From positions 480,001-544,000 of the forward strand of contig BK006934.2 in the NCBI GenBank assembly GCA_000146045.2: 64,000 bases of DNA. Direction: 5' to 3'. The notes below the pieces were generated by a model, which was not told where the DNA came from, did no database searches, and worked only from the letters and a program-made list of their open reading frames with translations. The DNA is from TPA_inf: Saccharomyces. Its lineage: Eukaryota. Made by a program: the position numbers and the translations under genes. Shown here piece by piece: positions 48,620-61,245 of this stretch; the stretch's first letter is position 1; each line of letters starts with the position of its first letter.

Positions 48620-51599
48620 TAAAATTCGCGTTCTTTTTACGTATCTGTGTATCTTTTCTTTGCTAAATATACGCTGACATGAATTATTTTTTAACTGTTT
48701 CTTCTCCATACTTTCAAATATTCAAATTGAACTAAATGATAATTCTTGCGCTTCCTATTTTGAAAAAGTAGATATGTGTATCATAAAGAAAACGTTACTA
48801 TTATTGTCTTAGGCAACAAAAATCCATGAAAAGAATTTTACCGTTATCGATACCATTGTATTTATTTTATTTATTTATTTAATTTTTTTTTTTTTTGGTT
48901 TATATCCTGCAAACAACACTTCGAATTCAATTCGATATTTCATAAGTTACAACTAACACTTATAGAAACCGATGTATGAGTACTTATTATTAACGAGGAA
49001 AAATGGCCTATTTTGTTTAGCAATTAATGAACCATCGCCAATTTTTGCTTTAACAATTATTGCCATTTTCAGTAGTACTAACGTAAGATCTAGTGTGGTT
49101 CGCTTAGGATGTTTTTGAGTAGAAATCTGCTTACATGCCACACGCAGTACTTGAAACTTGAAATAATGGGGATAATTAGTTATTTAAAGTATGTGCTTGT
49201 TCTTTTATATTTATTTCGAATTCTTTTGCACTAGTATTTAAAATATCAGCAGAGGCGTAAAAGTGCACCAAAATTATTGTAAAACTACTTGCCCTAAAAT
49301 TGATACTTCATACTTGACATATTCAAAAGGGGTCCAAGTATAGATGCATCAAAAAAAAAAAAAATTATCCGATGATGAGCAAATGGTAGCTTTTCGTTCC
49401 CCAGGAAGTGTAGTAGTTCCATGAAGTCTAATGAGACTTTGGAAAAAGGTTTGTCACGAGCACCGAACTACTGTATTTTGGAATTTTGATAAACTTCAAA
49501 ACGGGAACGAAGTGTTAAACTTAGATGCGGTTGTTTTAAGCTTTAAAAGAGGAAAATAATGACTGGTGATAAGAAGTCAACAACGATTCAAAGCAGGTGA
49601 ATTTCCATTACGTTTCGCTTTTCAATTGAAAAAAATTTGGTGGTTATTCGTTTCTTGCTTGACCTCTTCATTTTTTATACTTCTGTGATGAGAAGCAAGT
49701 TCGAGGATTTTACGATAAAGCCTACTGGTTATATTTGTATAAATTAGAACGTTGTCCTTATTTCTCTTTTCGAACAGTATCAAAATAAAGTTTTTGATTA
49801 GGGCTAGATTCTCTTCAAGGAAGAGATACCTCACGTCTGTAATATCTAAGAGCTAATGTTTCGATCGAACTTTCCTTTGCTTTTTTTCTGGATCTCATAA
49901 TGTCCCACTGTATGTATGTGCCCTCGCACAGCTTTGCTCATCATAGACATTAATCATTGGTTGTATGATAAAAATATCGCAAGAATTATTCTAACGTTCA
50001 GATTAGATTCCAGCCATATTTCTGACATTTGTTTTATTAATAAAAATTTGGCGAATGTTTTGATAACTTGATAACTGCTGGTATTTCATTGTTGAAAAGG
50101 CATGATATTAGATGCACAAAGTATATTATAACTTATGATCAGAGATATAGGAACAAAAAAAAGGGAAAATTCATATCTATATGTGAAAATACCATTATTT
50201 CCTCTCCTGTTTAATATTCTGTCCTTAATTTTCATATTACATTATCAACTTTTGCATTTCAGTGTCCATTAAATCTTGGGACCATTTTCTCAATCTTCAT
50301 GTCGTCTTTTCACACCGTATATAATATACTGGTACTATAAGTACTAGTCGATAGATCGCAGTTGAGTCTTATTCCAACAGTTAATGATTCACTGAGCTTT
50401 CTGTTGCTGTAGACTTTCTGAGGCATCGTCGCTCTCTTCTATGTGATGCTACAACGGAACTAGGCTTCTTATATATCGTGGTCCTACAAGATCTTGGTAT
50501 CTCGTTTGCTTACTTTGAAGCTTCACTGATATATAGTATTTAAGCCACTTTTATGTTCATGGATAATCGTAATTGTACTACGCTGGTACCAGTTATGAAC
50601 CCTATCAAATCATCATTGAACACTGCTATTTTTAACTAATCAAGATATGTATGCGGCGTACTTTATAATTTCACGACACTATTGAAAGCAAACTAAAAAT
50701 CAAGTAAATACCTATCCAAGTTGCGGGCTCTGGATTTATGTGGCCTTAAATTTTCGACCTATGGTTCACTATTCAATACGAGAAAACCAAAATTAGGTAC
50801 AAGTACTGATTGCGTTCGTGATTTGAAAAGCAGCGTTAAAAGATTACAAGATTTTGCGTTTCCAGGCCGACACTTAACTTTAAGGTCTCGACTTGGTAAC
50901 ATGAGTTGCCAAAAGTTTTTTTCTCCTATCTGAATATGGGGAACCGGAATCTGTCTTTGACCTGACTTTCAAATTGTTGCATATGTAAAAAAAAAACAGA
51001 AGAAATATTATCTTCTCCTTCTAGCGATGCAAAAGGATTCATTACAAATCGTCGCAAAGGCTGACAAGTTGCAGTATATTCACATTGCTTATTTGAAGTA
51101 CGTTTGTATACACATCGATAGTATTCATTAACACCACAACTGCTGTGTATACTATGTCAAACAGCACAATAAAGCCCGTCATTTTCGTACCCGCTCATTT
51201 CCAATAGGTATCTAAACTTACAAATGTGGTACACTACTTCGAATTCATTAATCGATATTGAATGCTAAAAAGTCTGCGATTTCTTCCTCAACGTTCAAAA
51301 ATCTCATCCAAGGCATAATCCCACATATTGAAGATCGCTACCAATTGTTACAGGCGAACTGAAGTTTTGGAAATGAGCTTGTACTTAGTAAATTTCTCTT
51401 TGCTTGCATCTTTTTCTTCCATGCCAAAAAATAAAAGATACTCATTTTAAAAACGCAGCCATATTGACTAAGTAAGTAATCATAATACTATGAGTAATTT
51501 TTGAGTACTGTGCTCATTTACTAGCTGCTTTTCTGAGAAAGATCCTCGATAATCAATTCCAGGTTAGTGGGGCGCTTCTACGGCCTCTTCTAACCAATT

Positions 51600-51850
51600 G
51601 TTCCCCGTGAGTTGCTTTCTCTGAAAACCTTATTATACATTAGAGTTATAAGAAAATTTTCTTTTTCCCGTAGATTAACTTGCAGTGCCGAACTTCTAGA
51701 TGTCACACCAGACCGTTTGACACCGCCATTTTCCTTCCTTTTCGGAAAAATGTGCCGATAAATGGTAAGACGCGACGCCACTGCTACGAATATTACGCTT
51801 ATGATGAAGCAAAAGGAAAAAGCAAGTTCCCCTTAAATTCGTATAACTGT
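51600..51850 (+). repeat. Copy 2 of the same repeat family. It sits in the middle of the stretch with no long ORFs and carries a decayed YHR212C-like minus-strand ORF
   Basis: TTTTCTTTTTCCCGTAGATTAACTTGCAG...TGATGAAGCAAAAGGAAAAAG. The minus-strand ORF 51590..51781 shares LQVNLRE+NFL with YHR212C. Confidence 0.5.
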
Positions 51851-54800
51851 TTCATCAATCTTTAGTTCTGGCATTTGAAAGTTAATTAAACTTTTCTTCG
51901 TGGTTTCTACAGGAGTTCTGCATGTGCGTAATTCAAAGCCTGTGAAGGAAAAAGTATTGTCCTAAACAACGGTCGTAGAATACGTCAACTGTAGTTTAAA
52001 ATATTTTCTGGCTCTACTCGGTGCGATAGGTCTGGCTCTTTTCTATTTACTTTTGTTTGGAGTTGTTGAGGCCGATACCCGTCTAGATGTAAATATGAAA
52101 TAACAGTTCGAGGTTTTATTACGAGAATGAAAAGGGTAATGGATTGGAGCATGTGTAAATGTCAATAGCAGAAAAAATTTACCGCAAATTGTTTCGTAGT
52201 CTTATCTTCATCGGACACTCAAGGGTTGCATAATTTTTACCCAAAGGAACAGTATACTTTTTTGATAAAAAAATCTTGTTACCTATACAGTATTGCAAGC
52301 ATTTTCAGAAACTCGTCTTTTGAGTTCTAAATGCATCATACAACAACAACAACAATTTCTTATTACTGTGTCCTTTTGGGATTTTTCAGCCTTCCTAGCT
52401 TACCCAAAATAGCCTCTCAAGGTGAAAAAACCATGCCTGCAAGCGGATCTAAGGATGAGTAGCTAGATTACAATAAATCCTGAATTTTCTCTGAGTGTCA
52501 ACTTTGTCATCGCTTGTTAAAGGGCTACTACGCTGAAAAAGAACCTGAACTCTGTTAATAGGTTGAAGATTTTATGACTTGGTATACTATTCCATACGGC
52601 TGCTCTCCTGATTGCGGTGGGTCATTGCTATAACAGTAAAATCAAGGAAGATAACAGGAAGAGTAACTTTAGTACAATAAATCTGTTGTCTCCCGAGGAT
52701 TATAATTGTTCGGCTTTCACACTAAGTTGAAAAGGGGGACTCAGGAAATGACAGGGTACGTTTTAGTTTCTCCAAATAAATCTTCCACACCCAGCTTCAA
52801 TGTGGTAAACGGAGGAAAGTTGATTAATTGATGTTGGCACTTATATTTAACTGATGTAGAGAAGAACAACATACTACTAACGTCACAGTCAATTGTGCCA
52901 GTTTTCCAATCAAGTATTTCGAGATAATGTAAAAGTAATTGATATATGTTCGTACTGGTTTCCCAATTTCCGGGAAAAACTATGTACATGGGTGCAATTC
53001 CTTGTGGTTATTTCCTTTTAGGTTATATTGCCAACCACATCATAGTACTATTTGCGGTCACTTCAGAAGATATGTTTGCTCCTTTGATCATGATATAGAC
53101 CAGGCCAACTGTACCGCTTCAGGCTTCAAAGCATTAGGAATAAGCACCACTATTACACAACCATAGAGCTACTCTTACTGTCACGTAGGTAAAACACTTG
53201 CTACTACACACACTCGTAGTGACTCATCTGACTATATTGCCGGTTGTTAAGAGGCACCAGTTAAGCACGCCATCAAGGGTACCGAATAATCTCTTCTGTA
53301 TCAAGTATTCTACCTTTATGTCTGACCCACGTATTATGTGGAGCAATTACGTATTTTTCTCATATCAGCTTTGTTTTTACTCAACTTTGATATCTTAGAG
53401 AAACAGATCTTGATGTTACAGCAAGGTCAGGAAAATATTTTGACAAAAACATACTAGTTTCATCCTTAGTAGTTGATTCTATGAATGCTGTACTTGAAAA
53501 TATTGTTCATAAAATCCATAAGTTTTACCAACGGTATAATATCCTGCTATTAAATCTGCAATTGCTTTTGCGAAAAGAAGGAAAACATGCAAAACAAAAG
53601 CAAAAAAAAATTGGCACCCCAATTTCTTATAATATAATAATATAACGGAAGTACACCATGCTTTCAATAATAAGATGTTTCCTGAAAAGGGCAACTATCT
53701 GACTAGTTCAGAGCCATGCAAAAGTTAAGGATGAAAATGCCAAATAAGAAGATATTACGGAGTACATTCATTTCAAAAAGAAGAATGTATACTGCTTAGA
53801 TAAGAAGATCAAGTTTTTATATTTCCGACCAAATAAGCCATCGAAAACTTTTGATGCACCAAACACCGTTCTTGAGAGCCAAGCACAGATGCAATTGTTC
53901 TGCCCTTCTTCCAAATTATGAATTGTGCATCATATCGTAAGGCCAGCCACATAAAAAAAAGGAGCAAAAAACTCAGTATACAGGCGAATATCCATCATAC
54001 AGTCTAGCTGCCCTCACTACTTCCAAAAAAATGGGCTAGTGTTGTACGGTTTATGCCATATATCTAGAGTTAGCATAACTATGCACTACCGCTTTTCGAA
54101 CAAAAAGTTTGCGAAACCTAGTTCATTGAATATGACTTACCCAAAATGGATACCAAGATCCTAATAATAAAGTCAATAACTTGAATTTTAGGTGCCATTA
54201 TTTCCAACAATCATTATAGGCTAACTCTACCAGCAGACTAGAATACCGTTCTTCTAGTTGAGCACATGGTCAAAATAGTCAATAAAAAACGCCCAGAAAT
54301 GGCTGTAAATTAGTGTTTGTAGTACACAAAATAATTTCCTAATTCCTTCCAAATGGGGTTTTCAAAAAGCTGACTCACGTAATTGATCAATACTTCACTA
54401 AAGAAGAATCATATGAATAAAACTAAAATCAACACTAACTGAGAGACTTAGCGGCCAAAGCTTAATCATCATTACATAGAGTATATGAAGGGAGTAAGTG
54501 AATATGCAAGGGTGGGAAACGGCAAAGCATTTTTATGCAAAAAGCGTATTTACAAATCCCGTAAACTCATGATGTGAATTTTGTAACCAGCTTTAGCTGA
54601 GATTATTTCTTTTGCAAAAGAAATATTCAATAAATTAACAATTTTCAAATAAATTACCAATCAATGGTCGATAACTTGCAAGAGAGATATCATCATTTGG
54701 CTTTTGTGATAAATTTACAAAACGTAATGTTGTATCGAGATATATTGAGTTACAAGTTTTCGTCTCTTTTTCCGAAGCGCCAGACTCCCGTATAAAAAAT

Positions 54801-57758
54801 AAGGTTTATAGCGGGCATTATGCGTAGATCAGGACTTAAATTTTTCATTGCAGAAGTCCAATTTCAGACTCAGTATGGTTTGTTGTAGTGCTGGTGTAAA
54901 AGATGGTGTTATTACTTAAGACTGATTTGGTTGCTCAGGTATTTCATTCAATAAAATTGTGAAAGAGAACCTGGAATATAGAATGGAAATATATATCCTG
55001 CTACTAACCCCAATGGAAGGTGACGATCACTTCTTGTGCGTTCCAATCCCAGTTTTTGAATGTGCGAGTGGAAAAATTCTAGAGGAACAAATTGATATTT
55101 TCAAATCAGAATTCATCAAATATATGTACTCTGTAAAAACCAAGGATGTGATGAAGTTGAGATATTGTCTTTATGGGAAATTGACTTCTTTGTTTAATAT
55201 GAATAATGCAATTTTACTCCTCAGCTCAAGTAGTGTAAAGATTCAGTAGCCGTCATCAAATAGACTAAAAATTAAAAAATAAGATTCAATGTGGTATGAT
55301 AATGATAGATGAGAAGAAATTGCAAGAAAACGAATAAATACCTTGTCTCTTTGCACTGAATATCTTAAAGGACATACAGTCGCAATAACGTCTACTCATT
55401 GGTGTGTGTCAAAAACAGTACGTTTATTATCTGGACAGCCAAAAAATAAGATCTATTCAAACATGGAATATAGCGTATTTTTATTTAATCACGGTACAAT
55501 GGAGATATTTGCATGCCTATAGAAACAAGTAATAGTTATCATATTATTTTCTAGATTTTGTCACTGAACTTTTCCACTAATGAATCCTATCAAAATTATA
55601 TATCCAATATGGCTGCATTCCCAACTAAATATTAAAATGCCGCTAAGTATAAAATGTCTCCGCATCGGTAAAAAGCATTACAAATGCGTATTATACTAGC
55701 GAGAAAAAAGTATAAGTATCAATGCCAATCACCCTCTGACCATAAACTTTCTAAACATGAATAATAAAGGTGTTGAGAGTTATTATCCTAATTGATCAAT
55801 TAATTTGAAGCAAAGTTATTATGTTAAAGAAAAAGGGATGTCACAATCCTAACTATAATTTTTGCACTATACTCTGTAGGCGTACAAAATGGTTTGTACC
55901 GACTATATTCTCTTTATTTTTGACAATCCTTTACGATATATGATTAAGAATACCATGTTATTTTTATGAAAATCTGTGATTTTTTTGTTTTCATACACTT
56001 TTTATTTTTGTCACGTAGTGCACTTTGATTAATACAAAAAAAAATGCTGCAAAAGCATCGACTACATAAATTCATTAGGACGCATTCCTCATTACCACCT
56101 GGGTCTAATTTTTATTTTGAAATTGATATTATTCTTTATATGATGAGGTAAAAAGCATTATATTCGTTGTAAACTCATATACTTATCCTCATTTTAGGCA
56201 CCATCAGGGACTAAGGGCTAAAGTATCAGAGCCGCATTTCAACAGTGTACAGAGATTTTAGAAACATTATCACGCACTGCCTTTTGCTTTGTTTACCCGT
56301 AATGAGTATACAGTGGATTTTCTGGTGCTAAAGCATATTGCCCTTTCGGCAATACTTGATGCCCTAAACATTTTCATCCTGGAACATACGAGTAAGAGCA
56401 CATTTATGTGCCTATATTCCTCGTTTTTTACTGGTGCTGAATTTCTTATTTTCCACAGATAACAATCATGTTAATAAATTATGCACTGTGCTAATTTTTC
56501 AATTAAGGTTCTATTACCCCTCTATCACCGACAGAAACACGTAATGATGTGTTATTTCCATTATAATTCCGTAAGAATGGTGTTTATAGGTAGTCTAAAG
56601 AACGTGCATCAGAGAAGAATGACTGTCGCAAAAAATGACTATTCTTTACCTTTTCAAACTTAACTGAGATAGTTATCTCTATTATTACCAGTGGCACACA
56701 CGCGAACTACATCACTCACCACTATCGTCTTAGGAACTCAAGATTTTATAGTAATGCAGCCGAAGACATTCAAGTCCTGAGAGAAAATGTAGACATTTTA
56801 AGAAAAGTACCGGAAATAAAGCACATGTAAAGCATTGAGCTCTGTACTCTATAAAAATTAGCTGCATTCAAACAACAATGTTTGAAATTTTTGCAAAAGT
56901 TATTGAAAAAGATTGCTGTTTTCAGCCTTGTTCAGATCATGTCTCAAAAATGAGAAACTGGAACTCTCATAATCAGTACCTCGTATTTTTTTTTCCTTAT
57001 AGTTTCGTTATTAAAAATTTTTTTGCTGCTAATTTAAGTACGCTTTTGGTCATAAATGCTACCCACCAGTTGAATTATTGACATGATTAAAATACATTTC
57101 AGAACTTTACGGATTAAAAACTTTAAAGAACCTTTCAATCCATGTTGCTGGAGGGCCATGAATCCACGAATTACAGCAAAAGAAGACAGTAACTACTTAG
57201 GGTTCAATAATTACTTGCATAAACACACACTAACAACCAAATCGTACTAAAATTTGCAATTAACAAAACTCCATCATATCACGCTGAATTATGTAGGGCT
57301 TCTTAATGCAATAGGTTGCCTGAATTTTGCTTACTCGTGCTGCCGGGAACACTTAGCAGTTGGGAGGCCGTTTCTCCCATATATTTCATAATTTTCTGTC
57401 CTTCTTAGAGTAGGATGCTGAAAATCAAAAGAAGACCGTCAATAGGACCAGATTTTGTGGGTCAATTTTGGGCCAGACACATGATACCCTAGGAAGTTTA
57501 ACGGTATACAACTCAAGGACGAGGAGTATTCGGAAACTACCGGTTTTTAACAAGCTGCAAATTTCCAGTAGCTGTTTTGGTTGCGACTACGGATAAAAAT
57601 TCATACTTTAGGAAGTGAAGCAAGATAAAAAATCATGCTGCATCCTAATTCGTGAAGTTTGTTAGGAATATTATTGTAAACAAGGAACCGTTTCAGTAAA
57701 CTTGCTCTCTACTCTTCTAAGCTGTAATTTAAAAAAAGCGATAAAACAATGATTTTGA

Positions 57759-58094
57759 TTATCTGCAACTTCTGGAAACTCGAGATACTACGCTAGACGA
57801 GATACCTATTAATTGTTTTCCTAAAAAATCAGGAACAGTTCCTGGCAGCTTTCGGCTCCTTCTTGTTCTGGAAAGGATCTTCAAATCCGCTTCCACGTAG
57901 CAGTCCTCGCTACGACTTCTTCTGAAGTATTTTGATTTTTGGCTGCATTTACCTTTTATTGCCGAAAATCTTATTTTCCAAGAAAAAAGCTTATTTTGCA
58001 TTAAGTTTAAAAAATTTCTTCTTTCCCGTAGATTGACTTGCAGCGTCAAAATTCCGGAGGCCTCACGAGATTTTTTGACATCGGTTTTTGACAT
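57759..58094 (-). CDS. YHR212C: Small ORF of 111 aa (MSKTDVKKSREASGILTLQVNLRERRNFLNLMQNKLF...), the S288C dubious ORF YHR212C. It lies entirely within repeat copy 3
   Basis: The ATG is at 58094, and the track ORF is N-terminally extended. It is probably conserved only because the underlying DNA repeat is conserved. Confidence 0.3.
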   Translation of the reverse strand: MSKTDVKKSREASGILTLQVNLRERRNFLNLMQNKLFSWKIRFSAIKGKCSQKSKYFRRSRSEDCYVEADLKILSRTRRSRKLPGTVPDFLGKQLIGISSSVVSRVSRSCR

Positions 58095-58215
58095 CTCTTT
58101 TTCCTTCCTTTTTCTTTCTTTTCCTGCGCACGCCGATAAAGAAGTAGTACAACAGACAACGTCAAAATGATCCTCTTGTGATGAAGCAAAAGAGGAAGAG
58201 TATACTCCTTTTCCG
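57960..58215 (+). repeat. Copy 3 of the same repeat family, 530-780 bp upstream of the FLO-like pseudogene. It overlaps the dubious ORF YHR212C
   Basis: TTTCTTCTTTCCCGTAGATTGACTTGCAG...GTGATGAAGCAAAAGAGGAAGAG. Confidence 0.5.
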
Positions 58216-58741
58216 CTTGTACAAATATTTTTTTTGATAATAAAATTTGGCACTTCAGAGCTTATCGTATCTTCTCCCGGAGTTCCTCAAGACTTATACT
58301 TCAGCCCGTTTAGGAATGCATAAAAGCAAATAGGATTCGTTACAACTGCTGCAGGACTCTTTAGGACTGCATCAAGGTAAGCCTCGCTGCACCTAAACGC
58401 AAAATGTGGTTGTAACCTTTTTAATTTTTTTCTTGAACTTGTTGAGTCGTAATAAATCGTTTCTGGGAAGTGGAAGGTAATAATGTAATGGAATCGGCGT
58501 TACTCGCATGTGCAGATATCAGCGACAAAAAGTGTTGTAGGGACGTTTCGATACCAAAATTTCCTAAATACAGCGCAGGAACATCACTACGCTAAACAAA
58601 TCGTAGCGCATACATCTGATCGAAAAAAGACAGTTCCCAAAACAATGACATATGAAGAGACCAGCATCAAAATTTTCATCATTAACAGCATGGCTAAAAG
58701 TTATTGTTTAATATACCCATACCTGATTGACGAACCAAGAA

Positions 58742-58945
58742 ATGCCTTATCACTATTTATTTTTGGCACTCTTCACCTACCTGGCCACGTCCAATGTTGT
58801 TTCAGGAAGTACACAAGCATGCCTGCCAGTGGGCCCGAGGAAAAATGGGATGAATGTCAACTTTTATAAATACTCATTACTGGATTCAACAACGTATTCC
58901 TACCCGCAATATATGACTTCTGGATATGCCTCGAATTGGAATTAG
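58742..58945 (+). pseudogene. 67-aa N-terminal fragment ORF of the FLO pseudogene (S288C YHR212W-A-like)
   Basis: Described in the previous entry. Confidence 0.6.
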
Positions 58946-59150
58946 GTTCCGTTGGCGGACAGACGGATTTCTCAATTGACTACGATCTTTCTTGTGTTAT
59001 CTCTTCAGGAACTTTTAAATGTGCTCAATCAGATGCTTATGGAAACTGGGGATGCAGAGGTCATAGTGAATGTTCAAAATAGCCAAGAAAGACCTATTGG
59101 AGTACTGATTTACTTGGTTTCTTACTATCCCAAAAAACGCTACTCTAGAA

Positions 59151-59747
59151 ATGACAGGTTACTTTTTACCACCACAAACAAGTTCTTACACGTTCAGGTT
59201 TGCTAAGGTCGATGACTCTGCAATTCTATCAGTCGGTGGTAACGTTGCGTTCGAATGTTGTGCACAAGAACAACCTCCAATTACATCGACGGATTTTACA
59301 ATCAATGGTATTAAGCCATGGCAAGGAAGTTTGCCTGATAACATCGGAGGGACTGTCTACATGTATGCAGGCTACTATTATCCGCTGAAGGTTGTTTACT
59401 CCAATGCCGTTTCCTGGGGCACGCTTCCAATTAGCGTGGAATTGCCTGATGGTACTACTGTTAGTGATGACTTTGAAGGGTACGTTTACTCTTTTGACGA
59501 TGATTTAAGTCAGTCAAATTGTACTATCCCTGATCCTTCAAAACATACTACTAGCATCGTCACAACTACTACCGAACTGTGGACTGGTACTTTTACTTCT
59601 ACATCTACTGAAATGACCACCGTCACCGGTACTAATGGTCAACCAACTGACGAAACCGTTATTGTTGCCAAAGCTCCAACCACTGCCACCTCATCCAGTT
59701 TGTCATCATCTTCTTCAGAACAAATCACCAGCTCTATCACGTCTTAG
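59151..59747 (+). pseudogene. YHR213W: 198-aa internal fragment ORF of the FLO pseudogene (S288C YHR213W-like)
   Basis: [30 protein letters not shown]... is near-identical to the FLO5 PA14 C-terminal half plus one A repeat. Confidence 0.6.
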
Positions 59748-60548
59748 CATCCAATTATTACTCCATTCTATCGCAGCAATGGAACTTCTGTAGTTTCTTC
59801 CTCAGTCATGTCTTCCTCGGTCATTTCTTCTTCTGCAACGACCTCCACTTCTACATTCTCTGAATCATCTAAATCATCCGTCATTCAAACCAGTAGTTCC
59901 ACCTCTGGTTCTTCTGAGAGCGAAACAATCTTAGTGATTGCTGGCATGTCATTAGCGACAAGACGCTTATTACCGTAGTAGCCCCCCAAGGCAAACATCT
60001 CTTTATCAGTAATATCCAAAGCTGTTCAACTTCTCGAATTGGCCCAGGAAAAGAGCATTGGGGCGGCAACTAACTCTGGCATACTTACAGTTTCTGCTCT
60101 TGACAGCGCTAAAAAAGGGCTTGTTTTGTAATGCCCGGTTCGCAATTCTACAAGTACCACGCACTAGCTGCTAAAAGTGTCTAACCTTGCGAACAACTCT
60201 GGACTTTCTTATGAGAATCCCATCGTCAAGAAACAAAATTATACAGACAGGCGTAAATGTAGCTCGTAAGCGCCTGATCAAGTAAGCCAAATGCGCTAAC
60301 TTGAGGAAATATAGCCATCTAAATCTCTGCAACATGCCAATTCGCACGTGACTTGAAACTATGGAAAGTGTCTAGAAGATTACCAAGAACCACGTTATTT
60401 GAGAGAGGATGGCAAGGTGACGACAATCACACCAAGACCACATTTTGGGTGCGCCTGGAAGCAAGACCTGAGAAACTGGGCCAAAATATTCAAACCAAGC
60501 ATAAGATAGTTGGAGGTAGGAATACACTATCTAATCTGTGCTGATGAA

Positions 60549-60782
60549 ATGCTGGCGAAAACGGGCGATGTAGTGGTACAGAAGGTGCCGGTTATCCGTT
60601 TGTCCGTTTTTCTTCATTTTTTTTTTGTTTTTCCCTTTTGTCTTTTGCACCGCTTATATATGGGTATGAAACAAGTTCAAGAATTTATAATGGAACCCAA
60701 AGGTTCAGTCTTTGTAGTTCGAGCGACATTGCGCGTTTCCTTAGAAAACGCTGGAAAGATATTCTTTAACGAGACGGAGTAA
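60549..60782 (+). CDS. 77-aa hypothetical ORF (S288C YHR213W-A-like); no recognisable domain
   Basis: The ATG is at 60549 within the track ORF 60510..60782. It is of dubious coding status. Confidence 0.2.
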   Translation: MLAKTGDVVVQKVPVIRLSVFLHFFFVFPFCLLHRLYMGMKQVQEFIMEPKGSVFVVRATLRVSLENAGKIFFNETE

Positions 60783-60799
60783 TTCTCGTCAGGAATAGG

Positions 60800-61099
60800 A
60801 TGTTGATTGATTTTTGCTGTAGTTATATAGCAGGGACCCACGGAAGAGAGCGAGCGCCTTCTTTCACAGGGACTTTTGTCAGCCACGTCTCCGCGGAAAA
60901 CAATTGCCGTCCGCGTCGCAGTGAGATTACGCAGCCGTGCGCTTCAGGGACAGAAAAGAAGCATTTCGCGGCTACGGAGAAACAGTGCACTAACTCTCTC
61001 GAGGGTAGCCGCAAAGATTTCTTGTCTCTTCCATTAGGACATAGCTATCTTTTTCTTTTCTGTTTTTGGCGTATGATCTGTTCTGAGCCAAAGTTATAG
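60800..61099 (+). CDS. 99-aa hypothetical ORF (S288C YHR213W-B-like) in a local GC-rich island with overlapping ORFs on both strands
   Basis: The ATG is at 60800. Antisense ORFs of 63 and 69 aa overlap it. Confidence 0.25.
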   Translation: MLIDFCCSYIAGTHGRERAPSFTGTFVSHVSAENNCRPRRSEITQPCASGTEKKHFAATEKQCTNSLEGSRKDFLSLPLGHSYLFLFCFWRMICSEPKL

Positions 61100-61245
61100 A
61101 ACATTGCTTGAATAAGCACCTCACAGAGTAGGGATTGTATAGAAAGTAGCTGAGCGTCTGCCCACGTAACAAACAATCTTGCCCCTTCCCCGCTCTTGTT
61201 TTCGCGTGCCTCTTCTACAATAATCTGGCCAGGCTAAATCGCGTT

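Larger units (their letters stand above)
58742..59930 (+). pseudogene. FLO1/5/9-family flocculin pseudogene. It keeps an N-terminal PA14 domain and one A-type repeat, is interrupted by several frameshifts and stops, and has lost the repeat array and GPI signal
   Basis: The ATG at 58742 gives MPYHYLFLALFTYLATSNVVSGSTQACLPVGPRKNGMNVNFYKYSL.., versus FLO5 MTIAHH...[24 protein letters not shown]. There is a stop after 67 aa, then shifted frames align with FLO5 ([24 protein letters not shown]). The ORF 59151..59747 (198 aa) matches FLO5 residues ~146-420 and ends at TAG 59745. FLO-like similarity continues to about 59930. Confidence 0.8.

Noticed and set aside
54983-55249. 88-aa ATG-initiated ORF in the stretch with no long ORFs (MEIYILLLTPMEGDDHFLCVPIPVFECASGK...)
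   Set aside because: It has no recognisable domain and sits in AT-rich low-complexity context. Its length is within chance expectation for a 9-kb interval.
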